From: a virus
Length of the DNA stretch: 64,000 nt
IMG/VR virus record: IMGVR_UViG_3300046167_000888
Strand: one strand, 5' to 3'
Shown here: one piece after another, positions 23,512 through 32,918 of the stretch
Layout: each line of letters opens with the position of its first letter
Numbering within the stretch: the first letter of the stretch is position 1
Made by a program: the position numbers and the translations under genes
The notes under the pieces: model-generated
Seen by the model: the letters and a program-made list of their open reading frames with translations, nothing else
Told to the model about the DNA's origin: nothing
The model's database searches: none

Positions 23512-24109
23512 ATGTTTCAAAGCTATGCATTTGATCAACAAGAAGTTGATTTACAAAATTACTACTATATTCTTAATGGATTTAGTAAAGAAGAATTAAA
23601 TAGAATAGAACAAGATGTTTCTACTTTACCTTTTCAACAAGCAAGTACTGTTGGAGGTGATAGTAAAAAAGTAAGATCATCTAAAGTAAAATGGGTACCT
23701 CATAATAATGATTGGTTTTGGTTATATGAAAAACTATCTGATTATGCTGTAGAAGCTAATTTTGCATTATGGAATTTTGACTTAACATTAATCCCAGAAC
23801 AAATACAATACACTGAATATTATGCTTCAGAACAAGGACATTATGATTGGCACGCTGATATAGGTCCAGGTTTATTATCTAAAAGAAAAGTATCTATTAC
23901 AGTTCAATTATCTGAACCCTGATGAATATGAAGGAGGAGATTTAGAATTATTCCAAGGTGGAAGTATGAGTGGTCCTTTTCCTAAAGCAGAAAGAAGAGC
24001 AGGTTGTGTGTTTATTTTCCCCTCGTTTATGATGCATAGAGTAGCCCCAGTTACAAAAGGTGTAAGAAAATCATTTGTAATATGGTTAGGTGGTCAACAT
24101 TATAAATAA
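23512..24109 (+). CDS. 2OG-Fe(II) oxygenase, prolyl-4-hydroxylase/PKHD type (apparent +1 insertion near 23918)
   Basis: HYDWHAD and RKVSITVQLSEP; after removing one C it continues DEYEGGDLELF...FIFPSFMMHRVAPVTKGVRKSFVIWLGG. Confidence 0.85.
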
Positions 24110-24112
24110 TGT

Positions 24113-25150
24113 ATGTTAAACAATTTATCTAAATTTGTAATTAATAATGGAGGAAGTATTACCCCATTATTATTATCCGAAGAGCAAGGTAGAGGTATGG
24201 GTCTTTGTAATGTTTCTATTTACTTAGATGATAACGGTGATATACTTGCTAATATTAGGAATGTACATTATATTCTATATCATGATGAATTTGGACAAAA
24301 TTTCCATTGTAGATGGGGTACATTATCTTATTTAAATCCTGAAGATGATATTAAATTAAGAACAAAAAACTATTTTTGTAAATTAGATCCTAATACTTTA
24401 GAAGTTATTTCATCTACAGAAATTGATACATCAAAACATGATATAAAACCAGTTTGGACTTTTATTGGATTAGAAGATGTTAGGTTAGTTAGATGGGAAG
24501 GTCAATTATACTATTGTGGTGTAAGACGAGATACTAAAACTAATGGAGAAGGTAGAATGGAATTATGTAAACTAGATGTTAGACCAGATGGAGTTTATGA
24601 AACAACTAGAGAAAGAGTTGAAGTAAACCCACATACACATTTAGAAAAAAATTGGATGCCTATTTTAGATATGCCTTTCCATTATGTTAGATGGTGTAAC
24701 CCGTTAGAAATAATTAAAGTTAATCCTGAAGATAAATCAAAACATAAGGCACAAGAAGGTATGTTAGATATAATATCAAGTGAGGTAGTATTTAAAAGTG
24801 ATCAAGAAATAAGTCTACCTTTAGGAGTAAGGGGTGGTTCACAAGTAATACCTTTTGGTAATGATGGAGATAGAATATGCATAACTCATGATACACATTT
24901 TTACCATCATCAAAATGAAAAAAAAGATGCTCAATATTATCACAGGTTTATAATATGGGATAAAGATTGGAAAGTTAAAAGAATATCAGAGCAATTTAAG
25001 TTTATGGATGCTATGATTGAGTTTGCTTGTGGTTTAATTATAAAAGATGGTAATTTAATTATGACTTATGGTTATCAGGATAATGCCGCTTATGCATTAA
25101 AAATGCCTTTAAATTTATTAGATGAATTAAAATGGGATATTGATGAGTAA
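24113..25150 (+). CDS. Five-bladed beta-propeller glycoside-hydrolase-like protein (GH130/GH43-like)
   Basis: GLEDVRL, EKNWMP, RGGSQ, IEFACGL, TYGYQD motifs. Confidence 0.6.
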   Translation: MLNNLSKFVINNGGSITPLLLSEEQGRGMGLCNVSIYLDDNGDILANIRNVHYILYHDEFGQNFHCRWGTLSYLNPEDDIKLRTKNYFCKLDPNTLEVISSTEIDTSKHDIKPVWTFIGLEDVRLVRWEGQLYYCGVRRDTKTNGEGRMELCKLDVRPDGVYETTRERVEVNPHTHLEKNWMPILDMPFHYVRWCNPLEIIKVNPEDKSKHKAQEGMLDIISSEVVFKSDQEISLPLGVRGGSQVIPFGNDGDRICITHDTHFYHHQNEKKDAQYYHRFIIWDKDWKVKRISEQFKFMDAMIEFACGLIIKDGNLIMTYGYQDNAAYALKMPLNLLDELKWDIDE

Positions 25151-25784
25151 TTTACAAACACATTTACATAATTATATTGATGATCCTCTTAATCCTCATT
25201 TTAATGCTGAATTAGGAGAGGCTTATGAACAATTAGGACAGGGAGCTGCTGCTTTATCTTATTTTTTAAGGGCTGCGGAGTTATTGGTTGGTGTAGATAT
25301 AGATTTATCTTATAATTGTCTTTTAAAAACATGGAAGCAAGTAAATAAAATAGGAAGAAGAAATGATTGGGAAAGAGCTCAATTACAATTAGCAACATCT
25401 TATCTACCTACTAGGCCAGAAGCATATTTATTTTTAAGTAAACATTTTGCTAAAAAACAAGATCATCACTCAGCTTATTTATATGCTTGTTTAGGATTAC
25501 AATATATAAATTCAACACCTTTAAAATATAATGTTGGGTATCCTGGTGATTATATGCTATATTTTCTAAAAGCTTATCATGGATGGTACCTAGCTAAAAG
25601 AGAAGAATCAAAATCTATATGGAAAAAATTAGGTGAAATGCCCAATATACCTGAAGAACATAAAAAAATAATCGAAAACAATAATAAAAATTTTAATAAT
25701 ACGCCAACTCCTCCGTCTTTTATAAATTTTGTTATGAAGAATGCAAATGATAGTAAACATGAAAAATATTATATTGGAAAATAA
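25140..25784 (+). CDS. TPR-like protein
   Basis: LGEAYEQLGQGAAALSYFLRAAE and PTRPEAYLFLS helical repeats. Confidence 0.65.
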   Translation: MMSNLQTHLHNYIDDPLNPHFNAELGEAYEQLGQGAAALSYFLRAAELLVGVDIDLSYNCLLKTWKQVNKIGRRNDWERAQLQLATSYLPTRPEAYLFLSKHFAKKQDHHSAYLYACLGLQYINSTPLKYNVGYPGDYMLYFLKAYHGWYLAKREESKSIWKKLGEMPNIPEEHKKIIENNNKNFNNTPTPPSFINFVMKNANDSKHEKYYIGK

Positions 25785-25834
25785 TTCAATATGTATTGCC
25801 ATGTTGCGATAATGTCTAATTAAAGCAAATAATT

Positions 25835-26323
25835 ATGAGTTGGACCTATAACGGTGAAACTATAAATGATATAACACAATTCCCTCCTAATACTTATGGG
25901 TTTGTCTATCAGGTAAAACACAAACCTTCAGACAAAACTTACATAGGTAAAAAAGTATTATTTTTTACTAGAAAAGTAAAACTAGGAAAAAAAGAACTAG
26001 AAGCTTTAGGTACAGTAATAGGACGTAAACCGTCTTATAAATTAGCTGTTAAAGAATCGGATTGGAAAACATATTATGGTTCACAAAAAGAAATTAAAAC
26101 TTTACTTAAAGAAAGTAAAGCTTCAGATTGGGAACGAAGTATTATTAAATGTGTCCCAAGCAAAAAATTACTAACCTATTTTGAAGTAAAATACCAGATG
26201 CTATACCAAGTGTTAGAGAAACCAGATGAGTTTTTTAATGATAATATATTAGGCAAATTTTATACTAAAGATTTTGCTGAAATTAAAGAATTTGAAGACC
26301 CAGTGGAAATTAAAAAACACTAA
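25835..26323 (+). CDS. GIY-YIG family nuclease-like protein
   Basis: YGFVY...TYIGKK, ESDWKTYYGS, FFNDNI. Confidence 0.7.
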   Translation: MSWTYNGETINDITQFPPNTYGFVYQVKHKPSDKTYIGKKVLFFTRKVKLGKKELEALGTVIGRKPSYKLAVKESDWKTYYGSQKEIKTLLKESKASDWERSIIKCVPSKKLLTYFEVKYQMLYQVLEKPDEFFNDNILGKFYTKDFAEIKEFEDPVEIKKH

Positions 26324-26331
26324 CGTATATT
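26303..26331 (+). promoter_or_regulatory. Putative early/middle promoter GG-N17-CGTATATT upstream of primase
   Basis: Same spacing at 26324, 29055, 40497 and 41881. Confidence 0.6.
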
Positions 26332-26338
26332 ATACATT

Positions 26339-27268
26339 ATGGTGAATCAGTTATTAGTTACATTAGTAAATTCAGTACTTGGCACGGGCAAACAAACTGC
26401 ACGTGGTAATATGGCTTACCAATGTCCTAGTTGTAAACACCATAAACCAAAATTAGAAGTTAATTTTACTGAAAGTAAAGACGGACATAATCCTTGGCAT
26501 TGTTGGGTTTGTGGTAAAAAAGGTAAATCTATTAGTTTATTATTAAGAATAGCAGGTGCTAGTCAAGATAAAATTAATGAAGCTAAGTCATTATCTAAAA
26601 ATGTAGATAGTACTTATGTGCCTAAGACACAAACCAGTGTATCATTACCAGATGAGTTTATTGGCCTAAATGACGTTGATAACAGCGATATCATGGCTAG
26701 ACACGCTATTGCGTACTTAAAAAAGAGGAATGTAAGTAAACACGATATACTTAAATATAATATAGGATATTGTAAAGAAGGTTTGTATAAAAATATGGTT
26801 ATATTACCAACATATGATAAAGATGGAAATATAAATTATTTTACCGCTCGTTCATTTGAAAAAGAACCATACGTAAAATACAGAAACCCTCAAGTAAGTA
26901 GAGATATTATTCCAAATGAACATTTAATTAATTGGAATGTGCCTATCATTTTATGTGAGGGGTTATTTGATGCTTTAGCTATAAAAAGAAATGCTATTCC
27001 ATTATTAGGAAAAAACATACAAAATAATCTAATGAAGAAAATAGTTACTTCATTAGTAGATAAAATTTACATTGCGTTAGATAGGGACGCAATTAAACAA
27101 GCTTTAAAATTCTGTGAAAAACTATTAGCGGAAGGTAAAGAAGTCTATCTTGTAGATTTACAAGATAAGGACCCGAGTGAGATGGGTTTCGAAAATTTCA
27201 CAAAACTTATACACAAAACAGTTCCACTTACCTACTACGACTTAATGGAGCAAAAACTATCATTATGA
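26339..27268 (+). CDS. DNA primase (Zn finger + TOPRIM)
   Basis: CPSC..H...WHCWVC zinc finger; ILCEGLFDA and IALDRDA TOPRIM motifs; KDPSE. Confidence 0.85.
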   Translation: MVNQLLVTLVNSVLGTGKQTARGNMAYQCPSCKHHKPKLEVNFTESKDGHNPWHCWVCGKKGKSISLLLRIAGASQDKINEAKSLSKNVDSTYVPKTQTSVSLPDEFIGLNDVDNSDIMARHAIAYLKKRNVSKHDILKYNIGYCKEGLYKNMVILPTYDKDGNINYFTARSFEKEPYVKYRNPQVSRDIIPNEHLINWNVPIILCEGLFDALAIKRNAIPLLGKNIQNNLMKKIVTSLVDKIYIALDRDAIKQALKFCEKLLAEGKEVYLVDLQDKDPSEMGFENFTKLIHKTVPLTYYDLMEQKLSL

Positions 27269-28044
27269 TAAAAAAATCTTATAAAAGATTACTCGAAATT
27301 TCGGATGATTACCAACAAGTTACAATGCCTGATTCAAGGTATTATAGACGAAATGGTAAATATTATCCATCAGTAACGCATGTTTTAAGTTCTTACCCAA
27401 AAGGTAAATATTTTGAAGACTGGCTTAAAAAAGTAGGTTATAGTGCTGAATGGATTGTTAAAAAAGCAGCTGAAGAAGGAACATTAGTTCATGAAATGAT
27501 TGAAGATTGGTTAAATGGGGAAGAAATTACATTTTTATATAAAGATGGTAACCCTAAAATGCCAGCTCATGTATGGCAAATGTTTTTACGTTTTGTAGAT
27601 TTTTGGGAAACTTATAACCCAACATTAATTGAAGCCGAAGTACATTTATTCTCAGATAAAATTGAGGTAGCAGGTACTTGTGATCTAGTATGTGAGATCG
27701 AAATTGATGGTAAAATGGAACGTTGGATTATAGATTTTAAAACATCTAATCATTTACAAACAACATACGATTTACAAGGGGCAATATATGCTCAATGTTA
27801 TGAAGAATGTTATGGTAAAGATATTGATCGAGTAGCAGTATTATGGCTAAAATCAAAATCACGTGGACCAGATAAAAGTGGGAAAAGAATAAAAGGTAAA
27901 AATTGGGAGATATACGAGTCACCTCGTACGCAAGAACAAAACATAGAGATATTTAATCATGTTAAAGCATTATTTGATATTGAGAACCCAAAACCAACAC
28001 CTTATACAAATACTTTTAATACAACATCTAAAAGAGATGTATAA
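27265..28044 (+). CDS. PD-(D/E)xK exonuclease (RecB/Cas4-like)
   Basis: YPSVTHVL, GTLVHE, AGTCDL, IIDFKTS, LQGAIYA. Confidence 0.8.
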   Translation: MIKKSYKRLLEISDDYQQVTMPDSRYYRRNGKYYPSVTHVLSSYPKGKYFEDWLKKVGYSAEWIVKKAAEEGTLVHEMIEDWLNGEEITFLYKDGNPKMPAHVWQMFLRFVDFWETYNPTLIEAEVHLFSDKIEVAGTCDLVCEIEIDGKMERWIIDFKTSNHLQTTYDLQGAIYAQCYEECYGKDIDRVAVLWLKSKSRGPDKSGKRIKGKNWEIYESPRTQEQNIEIFNHVKALFDIENPKPTPYTNTFNTTSKRDV

Positions 28045-28091
28045 TAACATCCTTTTTAATATGTATAATAAAACAACTAATAAACAATATT

Positions 28092-29000
28092 ATGGCTTTA
28101 TATCCAAATGCGGCTGATCCAGGAAATTGGCAATCTTTTGTACTAAGAGAAGATGTTAAAACTCTTCCTGTTTCAGAACAAAGAAAAAAATATCTAACGG
28201 AGCAATTACAATTTGAAGATTTTATGGCTCAACAAAGATACTTACAATCAATGTCAATTAATTCCTTAACTAACCAATTACATCAAGGTGGAGGATTTGC
28301 AACTAACCCAGTCTTATCAGCTAATTTTAATGGTACAATTCAGGCTATAACAGGAAACACTACTCAAATTGACTTTTTATTTAAAGAACCCCTCACAGTA
28401 GATTCATCAGGTGGTGCTCCATATATTGATGCAATAAATGACCAATTAGGTGGTGGTACAGCATCTACAGTAAGATTTACTTACTATGAATCAAGTGGAA
28501 ATACAAATATGAGATTTCAGCATGTACACCCAGCAAATGCAGGAGGTATAGCAGCAGCTACAATTGCAGCAGGTGTTGATCTAGTAGCTTCAGCAACTTC
28601 AACATTAAGTGGAGCTTCAGGAGGCCCACAAACAGATGTACCATTTGCTTACCAAGTAGGAACAGGTGTTTCAGATGAAGGACAAAATATAACAGCTGAT
28701 GTTATTGTAGCTGGTGGTGGAACTGCATTATCAAGTATAACATTTAAAACATCCGAATCAGCAGCCCTTTATTACCCTGGAAATCAATTAGTAGTAGATG
28801 CAGCAGATATTGGAGCTGGAGGAACAGGAACAGTAACTGTTACTTTAACAGCTAATGATTTACAAGGAGATACTTTAACATTAGTAGGAACTAATATAGA
28901 ACTAAATGGAGCTGTAGTTTATAGTCAAGCAAACGGACCTGATTACCCACTAGATCCAACATATGAATCTACAAGTACATTAGCTTCATCCGCTATATAA
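28092..29000 (+). CDS. Stand-alone late-type gene, probable virion (decoration-like) protein
   Basis: Own ATATGTATAA motif at 28059 and own terminator; G/A/T/S-rich C-terminal part. Confidence 0.45.
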   Translation: MALYPNAADPGNWQSFVLREDVKTLPVSEQRKKYLTEQLQFEDFMAQQRYLQSMSINSLTNQLHQGGGFATNPVLSANFNGTIQAITGNTTQIDFLFKEPLTVDSSGGAPYIDAINDQLGGGTASTVRFTYYESSGNTNMRFQHVHPANAGGIAAATIAAGVDLVASATSTLSGASGGPQTDVPFAYQVGTGVSDEGQNITADVIVAGGGTALSSITFKTSESAALYYPGNQLVVDAADIGAGGTGTVTVTLTANDLQGDTLTLVGTNIELNGAVVYSQANGPDYPLDPTYESTSTLASSAI

Positions 29001-29023
29001 AAATAATTTTTTATAAATTAAAT

Positions 29024-29052
29024 GTGGGGAGGCTAGGCTTCCCCACTTTTTC
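29024..29052 (+). terminator. Intrinsic terminator
   Basis: gtggggaggc-tag-gcttccccac followed by ttttt. Confidence 0.8.
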
Positions 29053-29078
29053 TTCGTATATTTATAACAAAATATATC

Positions 29079-29876
29079 ATGATAAAACTGTACGACCTTA
29101 TCAAAGAACAAATTGAAAGACCAAAAGCAATAATTCTAGCTGGTGCTCCTGGTGCTGGTAAAGGTTATGTTTTAAGCGGTTTAAATCTTGATGGTATCAA
29201 AGTACTAAATGTAGATAATGCCTATATTGAACTACTAAAGAAAGCCAATGTATCATTAGATTTAAAAAATGCTGGTCCTGAAGATAGAAGCGAAGCAGCT
29301 AAAGCAATGGCTGCAGCTAATAAAGAATTTAAAGGTAAAGTAGCAGCTACAATAGAAGGTAAAGAATCATTTATTTTAGATGGTACAGCGGCGTCAATCA
29401 AACAAACAGCTAATTTAAAAAAGGAATTAGAAGAAGCAGGGTATGAAGTATTTATGCTTTATGTTTATACTGATTTAGAACGTTCACTTAGACAAAACCA
29501 AGATAGATTTGATAAATCAGGTGGTGAAGATAGAAGTTTAGCACCTGCTATAGTAATGAGAACATGGGCTTCAGTTACTGATAACTATAAAGCATATGAA
29601 GCAATGTTTGACAATAATTTTGTATCTGTTGCTAACACATTAGAAGACGAAAAATTAACTGATATAGCTGATATAGTAAAAAAATATTTAGATCCTTTTA
29701 AACCACAAGGTACAAAACCTAAAGATGCTAAAGCACAAGCAAGATCAGATAAATCAAAAGCAGCATTAAATGATAAATTAAAAGAATTACTATCAGATGA
29801 ACAAGTTCAATTGATAATTAATAATTCAGTATCTAAAGAAGAAGCACAAGCAAAAATAAAACAATTTTTAAGTTAA
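29079..29876 (+). CDS. P-loop kinase (zeta-toxin/AAA_33-like)
   Basis: ILAGAPGAGKG Walker A, LNVDN, FILDGT; leader MIKLYDLIKE. Confidence 0.7.
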   Translation: MIKLYDLIKEQIERPKAIILAGAPGAGKGYVLSGLNLDGIKVLNVDNAYIELLKKANVSLDLKNAGPEDRSEAAKAMAAANKEFKGKVAATIEGKESFILDGTAASIKQTANLKKELEEAGYEVFMLYVYTDLERSLRQNQDRFDKSGGEDRSLAPAIVMRTWASVTDNYKAYEAMFDNNFVSVANTLEDEKLTDIADIVKKYLDPFKPQGTKPKDAKAQARSDKSKAALNDKLKELLSDEQVQLIINNSVSKEEAQAKIKQFLS

Positions 29877-31468
29877 TGGGTTTAGTTAAAGAATTAATAC
29901 GTCCTTTATTAGAGGAAGAAAAAAAAGTAGTAGCTGTTTACGGTGGTGGTTTTAAACCTCCAACTGCGGGGCACTTTGAGGTTGTAGATCAAGCACTAAA
30001 AGAAAACCCTAATATAGACGAGTTTATTATTTTAATTGGTGGTAAAGAAAGAGATGGTATTTCACCTGAAGAATCTTTAATTATATGGGACATTTATAAA
30101 CAATACTTACCTATTAAAGTAGAAGTAAAGTTAAGTTCTAAACCACCGATTCAAGCAGTATACAATTATGCTAAAGAACACCCAAATGAAGAAGTATTAT
30201 TTGTAATTGGCGCTAGAGAAGGTAATGAAGATGATTTTTCTGATATAGCTAAAAGAACAAAATCATTAGATAAATATGATAATTTAGAATTACGTACTAT
30301 TATTACACAAGGTGGAGCATCAGGTACAGCAGCTAGAAATGCAGCTAAAATATCATCTGAAAAATTAAGACCACTATTACCTAAACAATTAAAAGATGAA
30401 GAGGTAGAAGAAATATTTACTATTATGAGTAATGTAGTAAAAGAAAATGATCCTGAAGATGGTAAAGCAGCTCCATATGGTTCAGGGTATAAAAAATTAA
30501 ATGAAGTATTAAATCCATCTACTTTTGATTATAAACCTATAATTAAATCATTAACTAAAAGTATGGAAGATGATGGTTTACAATTAAAACCGTATCCAAA
30601 AATTACTTTTATACATGATGAAGAATCAAATGCTGAAGACTTTTTTGGAAAAACAGCTTATTATGATCCTAATAATAACGAAGTAGTATTATATACATTA
30701 GGTAGACACCCTAAAGATATTATGAGATCGTATGCTCATGAATTGATTCATGTTCACCAAAACCATGAAGATAGATTAGATGGTATTAATACAACTAATG
30801 TTAATCAAGATGATTATTTAGAACAAATTGAACGTGAAGCATATGAAAATGGAAACATTATGTTCAGAAGCTGGACTAATAAAACATTAAATGAAGGTAA
30901 GAAAAAAGATCCATTTGGTATAAATGCCTATGCTAGAGAATTAGCTATGGGTTTAGAAGAACAAGAAGAAGGAGAACATTACATTTATTTAGATATGGAT
31001 GGTGTAGTAGCAGATTTTGATAAACGATTTAAAGATCTATCAGGTATGTTACCTCAAGAATATGTTGATAAAAATGGTTTAAATGCTTTTTGGGATTTAA
31101 TTGATGAAAAACATAAGGTAGCATTTTGGAGAGGTATTGAATTGATGCCTGGTGCTCAAAAATTAGTTAAATTTGTAGAGCAATATCCATTTGAAATGTT
31201 AACTGCTCCATCAGTAAAAAAACAAAGTATTATCGGAAAAGGCTTGTGGGTTAAAGATAAAGTTGGTACCTTGTATTCAACGAAGCCCAAAGTAACATAT
31301 AGAAAAGCTAAATTAAAACATACAGTTAAACCACAATTAACTAAATATGATATTTTAATAGATGATAAAGCAAGTACTATTGATACATGGAATAATTCAG
31401 GAGGTACAGCTATATTATATCAATCAGCTGATCAAGTAATTAATGATTTAAAACAATTAGGTTTATGA
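29876..31468 (+). CDS. Three-domain protein: HIGH-family nucleotidyltransferase + HExxH metallopeptidase-like + HAD 5'(3')-nucleotidase
   Basis: YGGGFKPPTAGH...SGTAAR; AHELIHVHQ...EREAYE; YLDMDGVVADF...ILIDD. Confidence 0.75.
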   Translation: MGLVKELIRPLLEEEKKVVAVYGGGFKPPTAGHFEVVDQALKENPNIDEFIILIGGKERDGISPEESLIIWDIYKQYLPIKVEVKLSSKPPIQAVYNYAKEHPNEEVLFVIGAREGNEDDFSDIAKRTKSLDKYDNLELRTIITQGGASGTAARNAAKISSEKLRPLLPKQLKDEEVEEIFTIMSNVVKENDPEDGKAAPYGSGYKKLNEVLNPSTFDYKPIIKSLTKSMEDDGLQLKPYPKITFIHDEESNAEDFFGKTAYYDPNNNEVVLYTLGRHPKDIMRSYAHELIHVHQNHEDRLDGINTTNVNQDDYLEQIEREAYENGNIMFRSWTNKTLNEGKKKDPFGINAYARELAMGLEEQEEGEHYIYLDMDGVVADFDKRFKDLSGMLPQEYVDKNGLNAFWDLIDEKHKVAFWRGIELMPGAQKLVKFVEQYPFEMLTAPSVKKQSIIGKGLWVKDKVGTLYSTKPKVTYRKAKLKHTVKPQLTKYDILIDDKASTIDTWNNSGGTAILYQSADQVINDLKQLGL

Positions 31469-32043
31469 GTGGGAAAGTCCAAGGATTAAATAGAGAATTT
31501 GAAAAGAAGGATGTTGAAAGAATGAGAAACCTCATTCAAGGAAAGTATGGAGAAAAAAATGGTACAAGTGTAGGATTCTCTACACCACATAAAGATTATG
31601 AAGAAGGAGATATTTGGGAATCTGATGGTCGTACTTGGACTATTAAAAATGGAATTAAACAAAATATTACAAAATTAGATAAAGCAAAAAAAGCACATAC
31701 AATGCCTTTATTTTGCCCTAAGTGTGGGTCACTTATGAATAATCGTAATGATAAATCATTTTATAATATCCACAGAACTTGTTTTAAATGTGTTATTAAG
31801 AAAGAAGATGAAATGAAGAGAAATGGTACATTTGAAGCATATCGTCAAGCAATTAAAAACGATGAAATCGATCATAGAATAGAAGATTTTAAAGTTTGGA
31901 TGAAAGAAAAAGTTAGTGAGTCAAATAACCAATATGTATCAGAGGCGGGTGATGTTGAAACTTGGAGAGGTAAAGTTAACAAGGAACAATTAGATGCCAA
32001 TATGAAAGAAGTTATTGAGTATTTAAAATCACTAAAAAAATAA
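31465..32043 (+). CDS. Hypothetical protein with Zn-ribbon
   Basis: CPKC...CFKC. Confidence 0.6.
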   Translation: MSGKVQGLNREFEKKDVERMRNLIQGKYGEKNGTSVGFSTPHKDYEEGDIWESDGRTWTIKNGIKQNITKLDKAKKAHTMPLFCPKCGSLMNNRNDKSFYNIHRTCFKCVIKKEDEMKRNGTFEAYRQAIKNDEIDHRIEDFKVWMKEKVSESNNQYVSEAGDVETWRGKVNKEQLDANMKEVIEYLKSLKK

Positions 32044-32047
32044 GATT

Positions 32048-32377
32048 ATGAAAGACAATTTTGATCATTATGCATGGAACCAAAAAAGACATTTGGCTGA
32101 AGGGTTAAATGATCGCATTGGTAAAATAGAAATAATATACACAGAACCAGGACAAGGACGAAGACTATATGCTGTAAAAATAGATGATTCTGTTGGAAAA
32201 AGAATTGATAAAGTTTATCAAGACGATGCAAATGCTATACTTAGATACTTAGGTATTGAAGGTGAATTACCTCGAAGCTTAGGTTTTGATGATGATAAAC
32301 TATTAGATAGTATTGTAAAACAATTACAAGATATGGGTATTGAAGCTGATTGGTGTGATTGTATGGATATAAGTTAA
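32048..32377 (+). CDS. Hypothetical protein with degenerate DNFD...LAEG leader
   Basis: MKDNFDHYAWNQKRHLAEG. Confidence 0.6.
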   Translation: MKDNFDHYAWNQKRHLAEGLNDRIGKIEIIYTEPGQGRRLYAVKIDDSVGKRIDKVYQDDANAILRYLGIEGELPRSLGFDDDKLLDSIVKQLQDMGIEADWCDCMDIS

Positions 32378-32404
32378 AAAAATAAATAATTAAAAACCAA
32401 AAAA

Positions 32405-32915
32405 ATGAAAAAAACAATTTTATTATTCTTAGTATCAATGTTCCTATTTGTAGGGATGTAAAAATGAAGTTAAAAAAGTAGAAAAAGTAGAAACAGATCC
32501 AGTAACTGTACAATTAACCGTTGTAAATAATACTGGAAAACCATTACCAACACATGCTACTTGGGGTGACAATGTTAAAGATCAAAAATATACAATTCCA
32601 GTAAATGAAACTTATGTAATGAAGTCTAATACCCATTCACCACAAGGTACTATTTTTATTATTCAACCTCAAGCTCCTGAAAATAAAGAAGGAACTGGTG
32701 TTTGTGATCCAGCAAATGGAAATGCTCAACAATCGTATGGTTATTGGAGTGGAGCTGCTCATATAACAGCTGACTGGGTAAAAAATGCTAGTAATCCTAC
32801 TCCAGAAACTCATTTTCCTGGGTCATATTGGAAATTTAAAATTGATGTTGAAAATGCAGGTGACCCAATGAGAGAAAAGGTTACTTTTTCAATTGCTGAA
32901 CAATGTGAAAACTAA
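32405..32915 (+). CDS. Lipoprotein (apparent +1 G in signal peptide near 32453)
   Basis: Removing one G gives MKKTILLFLVSMFLFVG-CKNEVKKVE..., in frame with ORF 32619..32915. Confidence 0.65.
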
Positions 32916-32918
32916 AAT

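Noticed and set aside
280-25784. Eukaryotic or giant-virus (NCLDV) origin suggested by collagen and glycosylation genes
   Set aside because: Contiguous with T4-like terminase, portal, gp21 protease, gp23 capsid and contractile sheath, with operon-style overlapping genes.
27265-28044. Cas4 as evidence of a CRISPR-Cas system
   Set aside because: Stand-alone PD-(D/E)xK exonuclease beside primase; no four-Cys Fe-S pattern recognised and no array.
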